Source: the human T2T-CHM13v2.0 reference genome, Homo sapiens | Reading direction: 5' to 3' (one strand) | Assembly (NCBI RefSeq): GCF_009914755.1 | Contig: NC_060946.1 | DNA: 64,000 nucleotides | Shown here: positions 63,561-64,000 of the stretch, one piece after another | Layout of the letters: every line of letters starts with the position of its first letter | How positions within the stretch are numbered: position 1 is the first letter of the stretch | Program-made: the position numbers and the translations under genes | The notes under the pieces: generated by a model | Database searches by the model: none | Seen by the model: the letters and a program-made list of their open reading frames with translations, nothing else | Told to the model about the DNA's origin: nothing

Positions 63561-64000
63561 GTAGAGGGAGGCTGGAGGCTGAGCCCCTGTCCTGGAGGTG
63601 GGGAAATCTGTCATCCCAGGGGACACCCTGAGTCCTTACCAGCTCCTTACACCATGGGCAGGAAATGTGGCTTCAAGATGGGCATGATAGGCTGTGGCCT
63701 GCAGTTTGGAGGGAGCCCTGGAGGAACCTGCTGCTGTGAGGCCTCCCAGGGAGGCAGATCCGGAAGGGAGGCTGAGGGTCTTCTGAGAGCTGACCCCATG
63801 TTGGTGAGTGCTGTCTTGAGAGTCTGTGCTGCTAGCCATTGCTGGCAGGTCCTTCCAGCCTGTGCTCCAGGATAAGCAGGAGGCCTAGGGGAAGCCCTCT
63901 GGGTCCAAGGCTGGGAGGGCCCTGCTTGGGGCTCCCATGGCCATTGCCCTCAGCCATCCCTGCCTGGCCCACTGTGTAGCTGTGCCTACATGCCCCTCTG

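Overview
This is primate (very likely human) non-coding genomic DNA. No protein-coding gene, tRNA, rRNA or CRISPR array is supportable, and the six-frame ORFs are GC-rich, repeat-derived or low-complexity artefacts. The first ~26 kb is GC-rich and contains several short AT-rich unique islands dense in homeodomain (HOX-type TAAT/TTTAT), TALE (MEIS TGACA, PBX-HOX TGATNNAT), RFX and GATA motifs. These islands look like a cluster of distal developmental enhancers. The rest is a layered transposon record: four ERV1 solo LTRs (two MER52-family, one LTR28-like, one MER41-like split by an Alu), MaLR LTRs (MLT1, THE1), Alus and monomers, two short L1PA insertions with clean TSDs, long old L1M blocks, L2/L3/MIR relics, MER58A, MER44A, and a decayed Charlie1 hAT transposon whose transposase motifs are still readable. 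The most distinctive structure is a 2.5-kb VNTR (23.05-25.55 kb) built from two interleaved units of 13 and 22 bp with higher-order duplications. Several small templated-repair footprints are also visible. Repeat subfamily names come from recalled consensus similarity and need RepeatMasker/Dfam confirmation. Boundaries of old repeats are approximate, and the genomic locus could not be identified from sequence alone.
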